A stretch of DNA of 64,000 bases from Lachnospiraceae bacterium (GCA_022792835.1 JAAWBT010000035.1:610-64609); one strand, 5' to 3'. Shown: positions 10,578 to 20,702, counted from the stretch's first letter. Notes: generated by a model not told the origin, from the sequence alone. Numbers and translations are program-made.

Positions 10578-11248
10578 GGCCCTTCCTCCAGAATATAGCC
10601 TGCGCCACGCACAAACCTTATGATGACAGGGACTTTAATTTTGTCCATTTTTTTTCGCAAATTGGAGATATGTACCCACACAGAGCTTGTATCAATCTCT
10701 GCATTCCATCCCCAGACATGCGTCAAAATCTGTTCAGCCGTAACGATCATCCCCGGCTTTTGCATCAGTATCTCCAACACCTGAAACTCTTTCCCACTGA
10801 GTGCCTGCCGGTTTGTCTGACATGAAATTTCATAGGTAGACCGATTCAATGTCAGCCCTCCGAATGTCAAAAGTTCCGGAATATAGTTTTCTTTGCGGCG
10901 GAGCATTGCCCGGACTCTGGCCAGAAGCTCTGCCGTCGAAAATGGCTTTGGCAGATAATCATCTGCCCCTGCGTCCAGTCCATCCACCCTCTGAGAGACT
11001 TCTGTCCTGGCTGTCAGGAAAAGAGCCGGTGTCGTAACGCTCTTCCTTCTGAGTGTTTTTAAAACCTCAATCCCGTCCATGCCAGGCATCATAATATCTA
11101 AGACAAGTCCGTCATATTCCCCCGTGAGGGCATATTCCAAAGCCTCTTTTCCGTTGGACACTCCATCCGCACTGAATTTGTTCAAAGTAAAAATATGCAG
11201 CAAAGATTTCAGCAATCGGGTGTCATCCTCTGCAATCAGTATTTTCAT
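10574..11248 (-). CDS. OmpR-family response regulator
   Basis: AEDD, LDIMMP, FLTA, GADDYLPKPF, winged-helix VHISNLRKK/VRGAGY. Confidence 0.95.
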   Translation of the reverse strand: MKILIAEDDTRLLKSLLHIFTLNKFSADGVSNGKEALEYALTGEYDGLVLDIMMPGMDGIEVLKTLRRKSVTTPALFLTARTEVSQRVDGLDAGADDYLPKPFSTAELLARVRAMLRRKENYIPELLTFGGLTLNRSTYEISCQTNRQALSGKEFQVLEILMQKPGMIVTAEQILTHVWGWNAEIDTSSVWVHISNLRKKMDKIKVPVIIRFVRGAGYILEEGP

Positions 11249-11279
11249 CCAGGTCACTCCAATCCACTATGCTGTCTCT

Positions 11280-11312
11280 ATTATAGCACCCCCTCCTAAA
11301 GCCGCACTAAAG
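11280..11312 (-). promoter_or_regulatory. Autoregulatory direct repeat plus extended -10 of two-component operon
   Basis: Minus strand CTTTAG-tgcgg-CTTTAG-10nt-TATAAT with TG at the extended -10 position. Confidence 0.7.
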
Positions 11313-11353
11313 ATTTTACCATCCAGCGAAATATCGCGAAACCCTTCCTGCCA

Positions 11354-12661
11354 TCACCCATCCATATCCAGAAACATTTCCAAAACTTTAGACAGACACC
11401 ACTCAAAATCCAGCTTTTCCACAGCCGCTCCTGTCCGGATTTCACAGAAGGCCACCGTCTCCCCGTCCAGGCTGTAGACAATCTTCCCCACCGCCCGGTC
11501 CTTTGCAACAGGGGCCGTAAGACTCGTTTCCAGTTCCGTCTTTATGTCCACCTGCTCCCCCTCTCTCATAAGGAGCTGCCAGCGGCTCCCTTCTCCTTTC
11601 ACCTCCACCAAGGGCACAAAGGCGCTCCCGTTCGCCTCCCTGTTTTCCGGAATCCCATCTTCCACAGGAAGATCGGAAAGCTCTGGCTTCTGGTAGATAT
11701 CCCGGTACTCATAATTGGATAGCCCATACTCCATCAGCTTTCTGGTGTCACTCCATTTATAAGTTTTATTGTTGGGCCAGCCGCAGCCCAGAAGGGCAAC
11801 GATCAAGGTCTTCCCGTCCCGTTCGAGGGCCCCCACATAACAATACCCCGCCTCTCCCGTAAATCCAGTTTTTCCGGAAAAAGCCCCTTCCATCATATGG
11901 AGAAAGGCATTGTGGTTGTTGCAGGAAAAATTCCTGCCTCCTGCCTGAAACTGGTAGGAGGCTGTCCCCGTGATCTCCCGGAACCGTTCCTTTTTCGGCG
12001 ATTCCATGGTACAATAGCGCATAATCCGGGCCAAATCCGCCGCCGTGGTGGAGTGGGACAGGGTAACGCCATTTTCCTCCTTTTTCGCGTCCAGTCCATT
12101 GGGCGTCAGAAAGCAGGTGTCCGTGCAGCCAAGCTCCCTGGCCTTCTGGTTCATCAAAGTAGAAAAATTATCCACACTTCCAGACACCGCTTCGGCCACA
12201 GACACCGCTGAATCGTTGTGAGACTCTAACATCAGCGAATAGAGCAAATCCTTAAGGACATACTGCTCTCCTTCCCGCATCCCCAGATGAACCTTAGGCT
12301 GGGAAGCGGCCTTGGATGAAGCAGTGACAACCGTCTCCTCGTCCAGATTTTCCAGGGCAAGAATACAGGTCATAATCTTCGTGGTACTTGCCATGGGCCG
12401 CACTTCATAACCGTTCTTCTCATAAAGTACCCGGCCGGAATCCCCATCCAAAAGCACTGCACTCATGGCATAAAGCTCTCCTGGTCCCTCTTTTTTCCCG
12501 GCCGCCCCGGCTGTTTCCACCTCATCTCCAGCCACCTTCACTGCGTCCGTTTCCTCTGGGTCCCTCTCCTCTCCCCCTGCGTATATCCTGCCTGCAGGAA
12601 CCAGAAGTACCCACAGACATGCCCACAAGAAAAACCATGCAGCAATCTTCCTTCCCCGCAT
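11354..12661 (-). CDS. D-alanyl-D-alanine carboxypeptidase (S11, DacB/DacF-like)
   Basis: Signal peptide; STTK, SHN and KTG penicillin-binding motifs. Confidence 0.92.
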   Translation of the reverse strand: MRGRKIAAWFFLWACLWVLLVPAGRIYAGGEERDPEETDAVKVAGDEVETAGAAGKKEGPGELYAMSAVLLDGDSGRVLYEKNGYEVRPMASTTKIMTCILALENLDEETVVTASSKAASQPKVHLGMREGEQYVLKDLLYSLMLESHNDSAVSVAEAVSGSVDNFSTLMNQKARELGCTDTCFLTPNGLDAKKEENGVTLSHSTTAADLARIMRYCTMESPKKERFREITGTASYQFQAGGRNFSCNNHNAFLHMMEGAFSGKTGFTGEAGYCYVGALERDGKTLIVALLGCGWPNNKTYKWSDTRKLMEYGLSNYEYRDIYQKPELSDLPVEDGIPENREANGSAFVPLVEVKGEGSRWQLLMREGEQVDIKTELETSLTAPVAKDRAVGKIVYSLDGETVAFCEIRTGAAVEKLDFEWCLSKVLEMFLDMDG

Positions 12662-12828
12662 GAAATCTCTCCTTCAGACAACCTTTTCCTTTTATTCTAT
12701 GCCAAAAAACTGCCGACATGCGTCCCGTCACCTTGACAAGTCCATTTTTCCCTGCGGATCCTATCCATCGTAAAGCGAAAGTTTTTAACCACCGTCTCCT
12801 TCCTGCAGCCGATTTTCCGCAAAAACGG

Positions 12829-12857
12829 TTGAATTTCCTGCAGCCTCATATTATAAT
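12829..12857 (+). promoter_or_regulatory. sigmaA promoter of cbiK
   Basis: TTGAAT-17nt-TATAAT. Confidence 0.7.
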
Positions 12858-12891
12858 GAACCTGAAACTGATACAAAGGAGAACTCATTTT

Positions 12892-13674
12892 ATGTCAAAA
12901 ACAGGAATTCTGGTTGTAAGCTTTGGCACCAGCTACCGGGACGCGCTCGTCAAAAACATTGAGGCCATCGAAAACGCCGTCGGAAACGCATTTCCCGGAC
13001 TGGAAGTGCGCCGTGCCTTCACCAGCGGCATGATCATAAAGAAATTAAAAAAAAGAGACGGTTTTCACGTCTATACCGTGGCAGAAGCCCTGGAGTCCTT
13101 TCTTGCCGACGGCTTCACTGACCTGATCGTCCAGCCCACCCATATCATCAATGGCATTGAAAACGACAATATGTTAAAAGATCTGGCCGCTTACAGGGAC
13201 CGTTTCCATTCCATCCGGACAGGTGTTCCCCTTCTCACCGACACAGAGGATTACCATACTCTGATTGAGGCTGTGACCCAGGAGTTTTCTGACTTAAAAG
13301 ACGACGAATTTCTGGTATTTATGGGCCATGGCACAGAGCATCACGCCAACGCCGTCTACCCGGCACTGGATTATATGCTGAAGGCCAGAGGCTGTGAAAA
13401 TATCTACATCGGTACTGTGGAAGGATATCCCGATCTTTCTCTGGTCAAAGAGCTGGTGCGGAAAAAAGCCCCGAAAAAGGTCCTCTTAGCCCCTTTAATG
13501 ATCGTGGCCGGGGATCACGCCAGAAATGATATGGCCGGAGAAGAAGAAGATTCCTGGAAGAATACGTTTCTAAAAGACGGCTATGAGGTCTCCTGCCTGT
13601 TAAAAGGGCTTGGAGAATACCTTAAAGTTCAAAATTTGTTTGCGGATCATGCAAAAAAAGCGGAGCTCCTGTAA
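12892..13674 (+). CDS. cbiK: Sirohydrochlorin cobaltochelatase
   Basis: ILVVSFGTS, RRAFTS, MGHGT, GTVEGYP, AGDHARND; AAGGAG RBS before ATG 12892. Confidence 0.95.
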   Translation: MSKTGILVVSFGTSYRDALVKNIEAIENAVGNAFPGLEVRRAFTSGMIIKKLKKRDGFHVYTVAEALESFLADGFTDLIVQPTHIINGIENDNMLKDLAAYRDRFHSIRTGVPLLTDTEDYHTLIEAVTQEFSDLKDDEFLVFMGHGTEHHANAVYPALDYMLKARGCENIYIGTVEGYPDLSLVKELVRKKAPKKVLLAPLMIVAGDHARNDMAGEEEDSWKNTFLKDGYEVSCLLKGLGEYLKVQNLFADHAKKAELL

Positions 13675-13694
13675 TACACAGGATTCCGCTTTTT
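13653..13694. terminator. Bidirectional terminator between cbiK and lipoprotein gene
   Basis: AAAAAGCGGA..TCCTGT-aatac-ACAGGA.TCCGCTTTTT. Confidence 0.75.
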
Positions 13695-13712
13695 GATCGT
13701 ACAGGAACATCC

Positions 13713-15143
13713 TTACTCCTGAATCGCCGCCATCACGGTTTCCACAATGCTGTCATCCAGAATGTCACATTCGCCGTCATAACTGCTTTCCGCCACATCA
13801 CACTGGATCACCTGCCCGTCCGGCAGAAACGTCCAGGCATGGTATTCCACATAGTTTCCCACTTCACTGTATCCATAAGCAAACCGGATATAACTTACTT
13901 CCCGCCCATTCACCTGAACAGTCTGCTTTTCCTGCACATCCAAATTGGTATATCCGTTTTCCTCCGTGTAATATTCCACATCCTCCATATAGTATTCTTC
14001 CATCTCATCCTCTGTATAATCGTGGTCCAGCATATAGGAAACATACACGTCATCTGCAGTCCGGCCCAGTGTGTCATCAAAAGCCAGATAGGTGCTCTCT
14101 GACGAGGAAGATAATACATAGCCGGAAGGCACTGCGATGGATACACTCCCATCCCCTCCCCAAAAATCCATGAGGGTATAAGTCCCATCCTCATTGGGGG
14201 CGACAGATTCGTTTGCAGCCCCCACGGCGCCGGTGGGGCCTGTCGGAAGATCGCTCTCTTTCTGACTGTTATTCAGAAAATCCTCCAGAGAATCTGAACT
14301 TTCATTGGAAGCGCCGCCTATATCCACAGCTTTCGCCTTCACATCCTCCGGTACAACAATCTCATCCACATCGTTAAAACTCTCATAGATACAGGTCATC
14401 ACAAATTCCTTGATGGAGACCTCCACATCACCTGCCCCGGCCGCTCCCATGGCGCCCTCCATCAGCTCTGCCATCGCATCCCCGCAGTCGATTTCTGCTT
14501 CCACCGGCACTTTTGTCTTCGCATCGATTTTGATGACCATGTTAAACTCCATCTTTGACCAGTCCATGGGAATACTGCCCATACCGTCAGACACTTCTCC
14601 CATCATACCCTCCAGGTATTTGCCGGATACCTTCCCGTTCAGGACATAGACCTCCCTGCCATCCAGCTTCTCCTTCTTATCCTGCAGCTCATAGGAAGTC
14701 CCTTCGGAGATCATGTCATTCATGCTCTGTGCCTTCTCTTTGTCCAGAGGCTGCTCTGTCCTGGTCCATTCTCCACCCATGCCGTTATAGACAACCATCT
14801 TTCCGTCTTCTTCGACGGAGTAATTCTCCATCTGCATAGAAATTCCCATCAGGCTCATGGACATATCTGCAGTCACATGGGCTGTTGAAGGATCATTGAC
14901 GACCTCCATGTCCATATCCAGATCAATATCCATATCCATGCTGATTCCGCTCTGTTTGATCCCCATGGAAATTTCCGCCAGCAGCTTCATATGGGCTGAA
15001 TCCACATCCTTCATGTTGGCAGAGACCTCTTCCATCAGACTCTCTGCCGTCACCTTCTCCTTCTTCCCGCAGCCTGCAAAAACTGCTGCCGCAGACAGTA
15101 AAAGCGCCACAAGCAACAGGCTATAACGCATTTTCTCTTTCAT
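13713..15143 (-). CDS. Lipoprotein, DUF6612/LppX-like N-terminal domain plus acidic C-terminal domain
   Basis: Lipobox VFAGC; Met-rich beta pattern ending FNDVDEIVVPEDVK; family assignment from memory of motif. Confidence 0.7.
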   Translation of the reverse strand: MKEKMRYSLLLVALLLSAAAVFAGCGKKEKVTAESLMEEVSANMKDVDSAHMKLLAEISMGIKQSGISMDMDIDLDMDMEVVNDPSTAHVTADMSMSLMGISMQMENYSVEEDGKMVVYNGMGGEWTRTEQPLDKEKAQSMNDMISEGTSYELQDKKEKLDGREVYVLNGKVSGKYLEGMMGEVSDGMGSIPMDWSKMEFNMVIKIDAKTKVPVEAEIDCGDAMAELMEGAMGAAGAGDVEVSIKEFVMTCIYESFNDVDEIVVPEDVKAKAVDIGGASNESSDSLEDFLNNSQKESDLPTGPTGAVGAANESVAPNEDGTYTLMDFWGGDGSVSIAVPSGYVLSSSSESTYLAFDDTLGRTADDVYVSYMLDHDYTEDEMEEYYMEDVEYYTEENGYTNLDVQEKQTVQVNGREVSYIRFAYGYSEVGNYVEYHAWTFLPDGQVIQCDVAESSYDGECDILDDSIVETVMAAIQE

Positions 15144-15237
15144 CCTTGCCCCCCTACATCATTTTGTTTTTCCATACAGTACCTGTGGACTGCTGTGCAC
15201 GAAGCGCCCTGCAGTCCCTTTTGACCCTGATATCACG

Positions 15238-15266
15238 ATTATACTACATCCCCCTGGTTTCGTCCA
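15238..15266 (-). promoter_or_regulatory. Possible own promoter of lipoprotein gene, overlapping cbiC 3' end
   Basis: TGGACG-17nt-TATAAT on minus strand. Confidence 0.45.
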
Positions 15267-15888
15267 GCATATAAAGGAGGGCGTTGCAGATGGCCGCCGC
15301 CACATTACTGCCGCCTTTTCGGCCCCTGGCCACAATATAGGGAACTTTCGTTTCCATAATCAGTTCCTTGGACTGGACCACATTGACAAATCCCACGGGA
15401 ACGCCAATGATCAGGGCCGGGGAAAGCTTCCCCTCCGTGATCAGCTCATAAAGCCGCACCAGTGCCGTTGGCGCATTTCCGACGGCAAAAATCAGAAGGC
15501 CTTCCATGGCAGCCGCCTTGTCAATGGCAGCCACTGCCCTGGTGGTCCCGTTTTTCTTGGCCGCCTCCGCCACGTCCCCATCTCCCATAAAACAGTATGC
15601 CTGACCGCCGTACTTTTCCAGGACCCGTTTATTGATTCCGGAATAGCCCATCCTGGTGTCCGTCACAATGGAAGCCCCCTTCCGGATCGCCTCAAGGGCC
15701 TGCTCCATGACTCCGTCGGAAAAGCACAGGGTATCCGCATATTCAAAATCTGCCGATGTGTGGATCACCCGCTTGATGAGAGGAGCCTTGTCCGCCGGCA
15801 GCTTCCTCCCTTTTAATTCCTCCTCAATAATCTCAAAACTGCGTTTTTCAATATCGCCCGGCAATACATTTTCAAGAGTAACCTTCAT
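15244..15888 (-). CDS. cbiC: Cobalt-precorrin-8 methylmutase
   Basis: IEKRSFEII, RVIHTSAD, GNAPTAL, GVPVGFV, GRKGGS. Confidence 0.95.
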   Translation of the reverse strand: MKVTLENVLPGDIEKRSFEIIEEELKGRKLPADKAPLIKRVIHTSADFEYADTLCFSDGVMEQALEAIRKGASIVTDTRMGYSGINKRVLEKYGGQAYCFMGDGDVAEAAKKNGTTRAVAAIDKAAAMEGLLIFAVGNAPTALVRLYELITEGKLSPALIIGVPVGFVNVVQSKELIMETKVPYIVARGRKGGSNVAAAICNALLYMLDETRGM

Positions 15889-15898
15889 TTTCTGCCTC

Positions 15899-16432
15899 CT
15901 AGTATTCAATCCCTTTCCGTGCGGCGATTCCTCTGTCAAACGGATGCTTTACCTTTTTGATCTCCGAAACATAATCGGCCGCTTGGATCAGTTCCTCCTG
16001 TGGATCCCGCCCGGTCATGACCACTTCCAGACGCTCCGCTTTTTCTTTCAGACAGACAAGCAGTCGGTCTTTTTCGATAAAACCATGCCGGCATGCGGCA
16101 ATCGCCTCGTCCATGACCAAAAGCGTATCCCTCTCTTCTGCCTCTCTGGCTGCCCTTTCCCACGCCTTCTCGAACAGTTCCCCGTAAATCTCCTTGGCCT
16201 CTCTCTTTTCCTCTTCGCCCATATTCCAGAAAAAACCGAAGCACCGCTCACAGGGAATCATCTGCACCCCCGGCACATGAGCCAGGGATAAGAGCTCCCC
16301 AGAATCCCCGCTTTTTAAAAACTGGACGAACACCACCGAAAATCCGACCCCGGCGCTCCGGACCGCCTGGCCCACCGCCGCCGAAGTCTTTCCCTTTCCT
16401 TCTCCGCAGTAAATGTGGATCAATCCTTTCAT
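15899..16432 (-). CDS. cobO: Cob(I)yrinate diamide adenosyltransferase (CobO/BtuR/CobA-type)
   Basis: IYCGEGKGKT, QFLK, MDE, MTGR, KHPF..G..ARKGIEY. Confidence 0.92.
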   Translation of the reverse strand: MKGLIHIYCGEGKGKTSAAVGQAVRSAGVGFSVVFVQFLKSGDSGELLSLAHVPGVQMIPCERCFGFFWNMGEEEKREAKEIYGELFEKAWERAAREAEERDTLLVMDEAIAACRHGFIEKDRLLVCLKEKAERLEVVMTGRDPQEELIQAADYVSEIKKVKHPFDRGIAARKGIEY

Positions 16433-16468
16433 AGTCCCTCCTTCCACTTCTCTCCCTACCGTTCCTCC

Positions 16469-17968
16469 CTATATTCCTGCCTCCAGGATCCGGTAGACGG
16501 ATTCCATGTCCATATTCTTGCGCACCGCGTCAGCCAGAAGATCATACTGCCGCTCTTTGTAGGCCGCAAGGTCAAACGCCTGTACCGCCTCTTTGGAGAG
16601 TCCCTTTCTTTTACAGAGAAGTCCAAGGACAGCCCTGGCCGCTTCCTCCCCATCAAAGATCCCGTGGACATAGGTGCCGCAGACATTTCCTGAAAAAGCC
16701 CCTTCCGCCTGGCCTGAACCTGCAAGGGATGTCAAAGGAGCACCGCCGTCTTTCAGGGAACTGATCCCCATATGAATCTCATAGCCATGGAAGGGAACGC
16801 CAGAAAGCTCCGAAAAGCCGCCGTCTATGGGCCGGAAGGAACCCTTTGTCTGGGTCCTGGTCTTTTGCTGTTCAAATACCGTGTCCATGGGAAGGAGCCC
16901 CATGCCCCGCATACTTCCTCCGGCTTCCACCCCGTAAGGATCGGAGAGGGTCTCTCCAAGCATCTGGAAACCGCCGCAGATCCCCATGACCAGCGCTCCC
17001 TTTCCTGCTGCCTTTAAGACCGCCGCCTCCAGGCCGCACTGTCTCATCCAAAGAAGGTCTTCCATGGTGTTTTTCGTACCTGGAAGGAAAATTAAGTCCG
17101 GATTTGCAAGTTGTCCTGCTGAAGTGACATACCGGACGCTGACGCCCTCCATGGCTTCAAAGGGCCTGAAATCTGTAAAATTCGAAATCCTGGGAAGACG
17201 AATCACTGCAATGTCCAGAACGCCCCCCGCCTCTCTCCGGTCAAAACGCTCTGTCAGGCTGTCTTCGTCGTCGATATCCACAGAAAGATAGGGAATCACC
17301 CCAACCGTTGGAATCCCGATCCGTTCTTCCAGCATGGCGATTCCCGGATCCAGGATGGTCTTATCTCCCCGGAATTTATTGATGATGGTACCCTTCACCA
17401 TGGCCCGTTCTTCTTTGGAGAGAAGTTCCACCGTACCCACAAGCTGGGCGAAGACGCCGCCCCTATCAATGTCTCCCGCCAGAAGGACCGGCGCCTTCGC
17501 AAGTCTCGCCATGCCCATATTGACAATATCATCCGTCTTTAAATTGATCTCCGCCGGACTTCCCGCTCCCTCTAACACCAGAACGTCATATTCCTCTGCC
17601 AGAGACTCATACGCCCTCATGATATCCGGGATCAATTCCTTTTTATACCGGAAATAATCTCTGGCTGACATATTTCCACGGACCTCCCCGTTTACGATCA
17701 CCTGGGAACCAGTGTCATTGGTGGGCTTTAACAGAATTGGATTCATCCGCACCGACGGTTCGATTCCAGCGGCTTCCGCCTGCATGACCTGGGCCCGCCC
17801 CATTTCCAGCCCCTCCCCGGTAATGAAGGAATTTAAAGCCATATTTTGGGATTTAAAAGGGGCCGCCCGGTAACCATCCTGCCGCATGACTCTGAGAATC
17901 CCCCCGGTCAGCAGACTCTTTCCCGCATTGGACATCGTCCCCTGTATCATGATCGCTTTTGCCGCCAT
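16469..17968 (-). CDS. cbiP: Cobyric acid synthase
   Basis: [47 protein letters not shown]. Confidence 0.97.
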   Translation of the reverse strand: MAAKAIMIQGTMSNAGKSLLTGGILRVMRQDGYRAAPFKSQNMALNSFITGEGLEMGRAQVMQAEAAGIEPSVRMNPILLKPTNDTGSQVIVNGEVRGNMSARDYFRYKKELIPDIMRAYESLAEEYDVLVLEGAGSPAEINLKTDDIVNMGMARLAKAPVLLAGDIDRGGVFAQLVGTVELLSKEERAMVKGTIINKFRGDKTILDPGIAMLEERIGIPTVGVIPYLSVDIDDEDSLTERFDRREAGGVLDIAVIRLPRISNFTDFRPFEAMEGVSVRYVTSAGQLANPDLIFLPGTKNTMEDLLWMRQCGLEAAVLKAAGKGALVMGICGGFQMLGETLSDPYGVEAGGSMRGMGLLPMDTVFEQQKTRTQTKGSFRPIDGGFSELSGVPFHGYEIHMGISSLKDGGAPLTSLAGSGQAEGAFSGNVCGTYVHGIFDGEEAARAVLGLLCKRKGLSKEAVQAFDLAAYKERQYDLLADAVRKNMDMESVYRILEAGI

Positions 17969-17977
17969 ATTCCCTCC

Positions 17978-19042
17978 TCACTTTCCCTCGCCAAATACCT
18001 GCCTGAATCCCTGGATCAATCTTTTATTTTCCTCATGGGTCCGCACAGCCACCCGGTAATATCCTGCCTTAAGCCCCCGGTAGTTGCCGCAGTCCCGGAT
18101 CAGGAGTCCATACTTCAGAAACGCTTCCTTTAAATCCGTCCTCTCGCTGGAAAAGAAGAGGTAATTGGCCGCTCCAGGATACACCCGGACCGGAAATTCT
18201 TTGAAGCTCTCAAAGAGAAACTGCCGCTCTGTCTCAAGATAGCGGACGGACTGCTCCAGATAAGACTGCTCCAAAAGAGCCGCCTCCCCCGCCTTCTGGG
18301 CCGGAATGGACACATTCCAGGAAGGCTTATAACGGTACATCCGCCCGATTAGCTCCTGGCTCCCAACCGCATAACCAAGCCGCAGCCCTGCCATGGCATA
18401 AGTTTTTGTCATGGATTTTAGCAAAAGCAGCTGTTCCGATTCCAGCATGGATTCTTTCCTCCCGCCGCCTCTCCAAAGGGCCTCCTCCTTCTTTCCTGCA
18501 AGCTCCATAAATGACTCGTCCAAAAACAGAATGCTTCCTGCCTTTTGGCACTTCTCAAGAATACGAAAAATAAACTCCGGCTTCAGAAGAATCCCTGTCG
18601 GATTGTTAGGATTGCAGACCGCCACAAAATCACAGTCTTTGGTGATGGCCTCCACAAAGCCCTCTCCCGGAAGGAATCCGTCTTCCTCCCTCAAGAAATG
18701 ATACTGGCACTCACAGCCATAGGCAGAAAGCGCCTCTTCATATTCCGCGTAGGTCGGAGCCAGGAGAAGCGCTTTTTTCGGCCGGATGGCTGCCGCTGCC
18801 AGAAAAATAAGCTCTGTGGCCCCGTTCCCGCAGATGATCCTCTCCGGGCCGATTCCAAAAGATTCCCCGATCCGGCTTCTTAGGCGCAGACAATCCGGCT
18901 CCGGGTAATGCTCTGCCTTCTCAACCCCTGAAAGAGCCGCCCGCCTCACAGACTCCGGCATCCCGAGAGGATTCAAATTTGCCGAAAAATCCAGAACATT
19001 CTCATATTGATAGATATTGCCCCCGTGGGTGTGCCTTGCCAT
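17978..19042 (-). CDS. cobD: L-threonine-O-3-phosphate decarboxylase
   Basis: HGGN, DFSANLNP, NPNNPTG, SMTK...GLRLGY PLP motif. Confidence 0.92.
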   Translation of the reverse strand: MARHTHGGNIYQYENVLDFSANLNPLGMPESVRRAALSGVEKAEHYPEPDCLRLRSRIGESFGIGPERIICGNGATELIFLAAAAIRPKKALLLAPTYAEYEEALSAYGCECQYHFLREEDGFLPGEGFVEAITKDCDFVAVCNPNNPTGILLKPEFIFRILEKCQKAGSILFLDESFMELAGKKEEALWRGGGRKESMLESEQLLLLKSMTKTYAMAGLRLGYAVGSQELIGRMYRYKPSWNVSIPAQKAGEAALLEQSYLEQSVRYLETERQFLFESFKEFPVRVYPGAANYLFFSSERTDLKEAFLKYGLLIRDCGNYRGLKAGYYRVAVRTHEENKRLIQGFRQVFGEGK

Positions 19043-19058
19043 AACCTGTCTCCTTCAT

Positions 19059-20036
19059 CTAAATCCATATTCCATAGATCAAAACCGACAACCCGCCAAA
19101 CACCAGCAGGCCTAAAACTGCCGTCCCGTACATGAGCCGGTTCGCCAGGCGGATGTCTCCCGGAACCACCGGCCTCTTCGCCTCCCCGATGGTCTTCTTT
19201 TTCTGTAATACCCCGAAATACCAGGCATCCCCTGCAAGCTCCACTCCCAGGGCTCCGGCACAAACGGACTCTGTCTGGGCAGAATTGGGACTCGAATGGT
19301 TCCTCCTGTCTCTCCGGTAAATCCGAAAAGCCCCTCTCCCGTCCAGCCCCAAAAGCCAGCTGGCAAGGATCATCAGCCAGGCCGACAGTCTGGCCGGAAT
19401 AAAATTACACACATCATCCAGCCTGGCCGCTGCCCGGCCAAAATACAGATACTGTTCATTTTTATAACCGACCATGGAATCCATGGTATTGACCGCCTTA
19501 TAAAAGAAACCAAGGACCGGCCCCCCAAGGGCCATATAAAACAGAGGGGCTAAAACCCCGTCCGAGGCATTCTCCGCCACCGTCTCCACCGCCGCTTTGG
19601 CGATCCCTTCCTCTGAAAGCCGTTCTGTGTCCCGGCCCACAATCATGGAGACCGCTTCTCTTGCTCCCGAAAGATCACAAGCCAGAAGCCTCTCACATAC
19701 TTTCATACTCTCCTTTTTCAACGACCTGGCCGCCAAAAGCTGATAGCACATGACACTCCCCACGGCCAGAAAAAGCCAGGGGTGTATCCAGTTTGCCAGT
19801 AAAAGAATTCCAAGAGGAATCCCTCCTGAGAAAACTACCACAAAGACCACTAAGAGGGTCCCTCCAAAAAGCTCCCAGCCCCTCGTCTTTGGAAGACACG
19901 CCCGTATCAGCCGCTCCAGACCCAAAATCAGGACTCCGATCAGACGGATGGGGTGAGGCAGCCAGTAAGGATCGCCAAAAAGCAAATCCAGTAAAAAACC
20001 GATTCCTGCCATAAGTGGCACTGCAAATTGATTCAT
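19059..20036 (-). CDS. cbiB: Adenosylcobinamide-phosphate synthase
   Basis: GDP...HP, IVGRDT, ETVAENASD, NTMDSMVGYK, SPNS. Confidence 0.95.
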   Translation of the reverse strand: MNQFAVPLMAGIGFLLDLLFGDPYWLPHPIRLIGVLILGLERLIRACLPKTRGWELFGGTLLVVFVVVFSGGIPLGILLLANWIHPWLFLAVGSVMCYQLLAARSLKKESMKVCERLLACDLSGAREAVSMIVGRDTERLSEEGIAKAAVETVAENASDGVLAPLFYMALGGPVLGFFYKAVNTMDSMVGYKNEQYLYFGRAAARLDDVCNFIPARLSAWLMILASWLLGLDGRGAFRIYRRDRRNHSSPNSAQTESVCAGALGVELAGDAWYFGVLQKKKTIGEAKRPVVPGDIRLANRLMYGTAVLGLLVFGGLSVLIYGIWI

Positions 20037-20037
20037 G

Positions 20038-20679
20038 TCATGGAATACTCCTGATTTTTGTCAGATTTTGTTCTCCTGCCAGCCATCTCTCTTCCGAAAG
20101 GCAGGCCCCATAGCCGCAGCCGTTTTTTACCTGCCAGTGATAAAACCCTTGTCCAGAAAGGCTGTAATGCTCTAAAAGCGCCATAATGCTTCCTCCGTGG
20201 ACCACAAAAGCCACCACCCTCTCCTGACAGAAAGGCTCCTGCTTTTGTGAAAGCTGCTCCAGGATAGCCTCTTCAAAAGCCCGGATCGTCCTCGCCGCAA
20301 AATCCGCTTTGGCTTCCCCCCTCGGCGGAGCCGAAACGCCGCCGCTCTCAATCCACTGTTCATAGGCAGGGTTTTCCTTTAATTCCTCATAAGTGTGGTT
20401 CTCAAATTCCCCGAAACCGCACTCATTCAGACCTTCTCTCACAAGGAGTGAACGGCCCGGAAACAACAGTCTCGCCGTCTCTTTCGTCCGTGAAAGGCCG
20501 CTCACATAAACTGCCTGCGGCCCATGCAGGCCCGCGCCCTCATATCCGCCCCTCCAGAGTTCTTCCGAAAGCTCCCGCCTTCCGTCGCTGCTTAAGGGCT
20601 CGTCCGTGGAACCGATATACCGGCCTTCCCTGTTTCCCACCGTCTTTCCATGACGGATCAGATAAATCTCCATCTCCAT
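20038..20679 (-). CDS. cobC: Histidine phosphatase (alpha-ribazole phosphatase-like)
   Basis: LIRHG, E..FG.FE, HGG motifs; within cob operon. Confidence 0.8.
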   Translation of the reverse strand: MEMEIYLIRHGKTVGNREGRYIGSTDEPLSSDGRRELSEELWRGGYEGAGLHGPQAVYVSGLSRTKETARLLFPGRSLLVREGLNECGFGEFENHTYEELKENPAYEQWIESGGVSAPPRGEAKADFAARTIRAFEEAILEQLSQKQEPFCQERVVAFVVHGGSIMALLEHYSLSGQGFYHWQVKNGCGYGACLSEERWLAGEQNLTKIRSIP

Positions 20680-20702
20680 TCCCTCATTCTGCTTCTCTTG
20701 CG

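Noticed and set aside
12694-12720. CATAGAAT sigmaE-like -10 upstream of the carboxypeptidase
   Set aside because: Plausible for a dacB-like gene but the -35 match is poor.
12662-12891. Searched for a cobalamin riboswitch upstream of cbiK and cbiD
   Set aside because: No B12-box or GGGAA/GCCACTG core seen in either leader.
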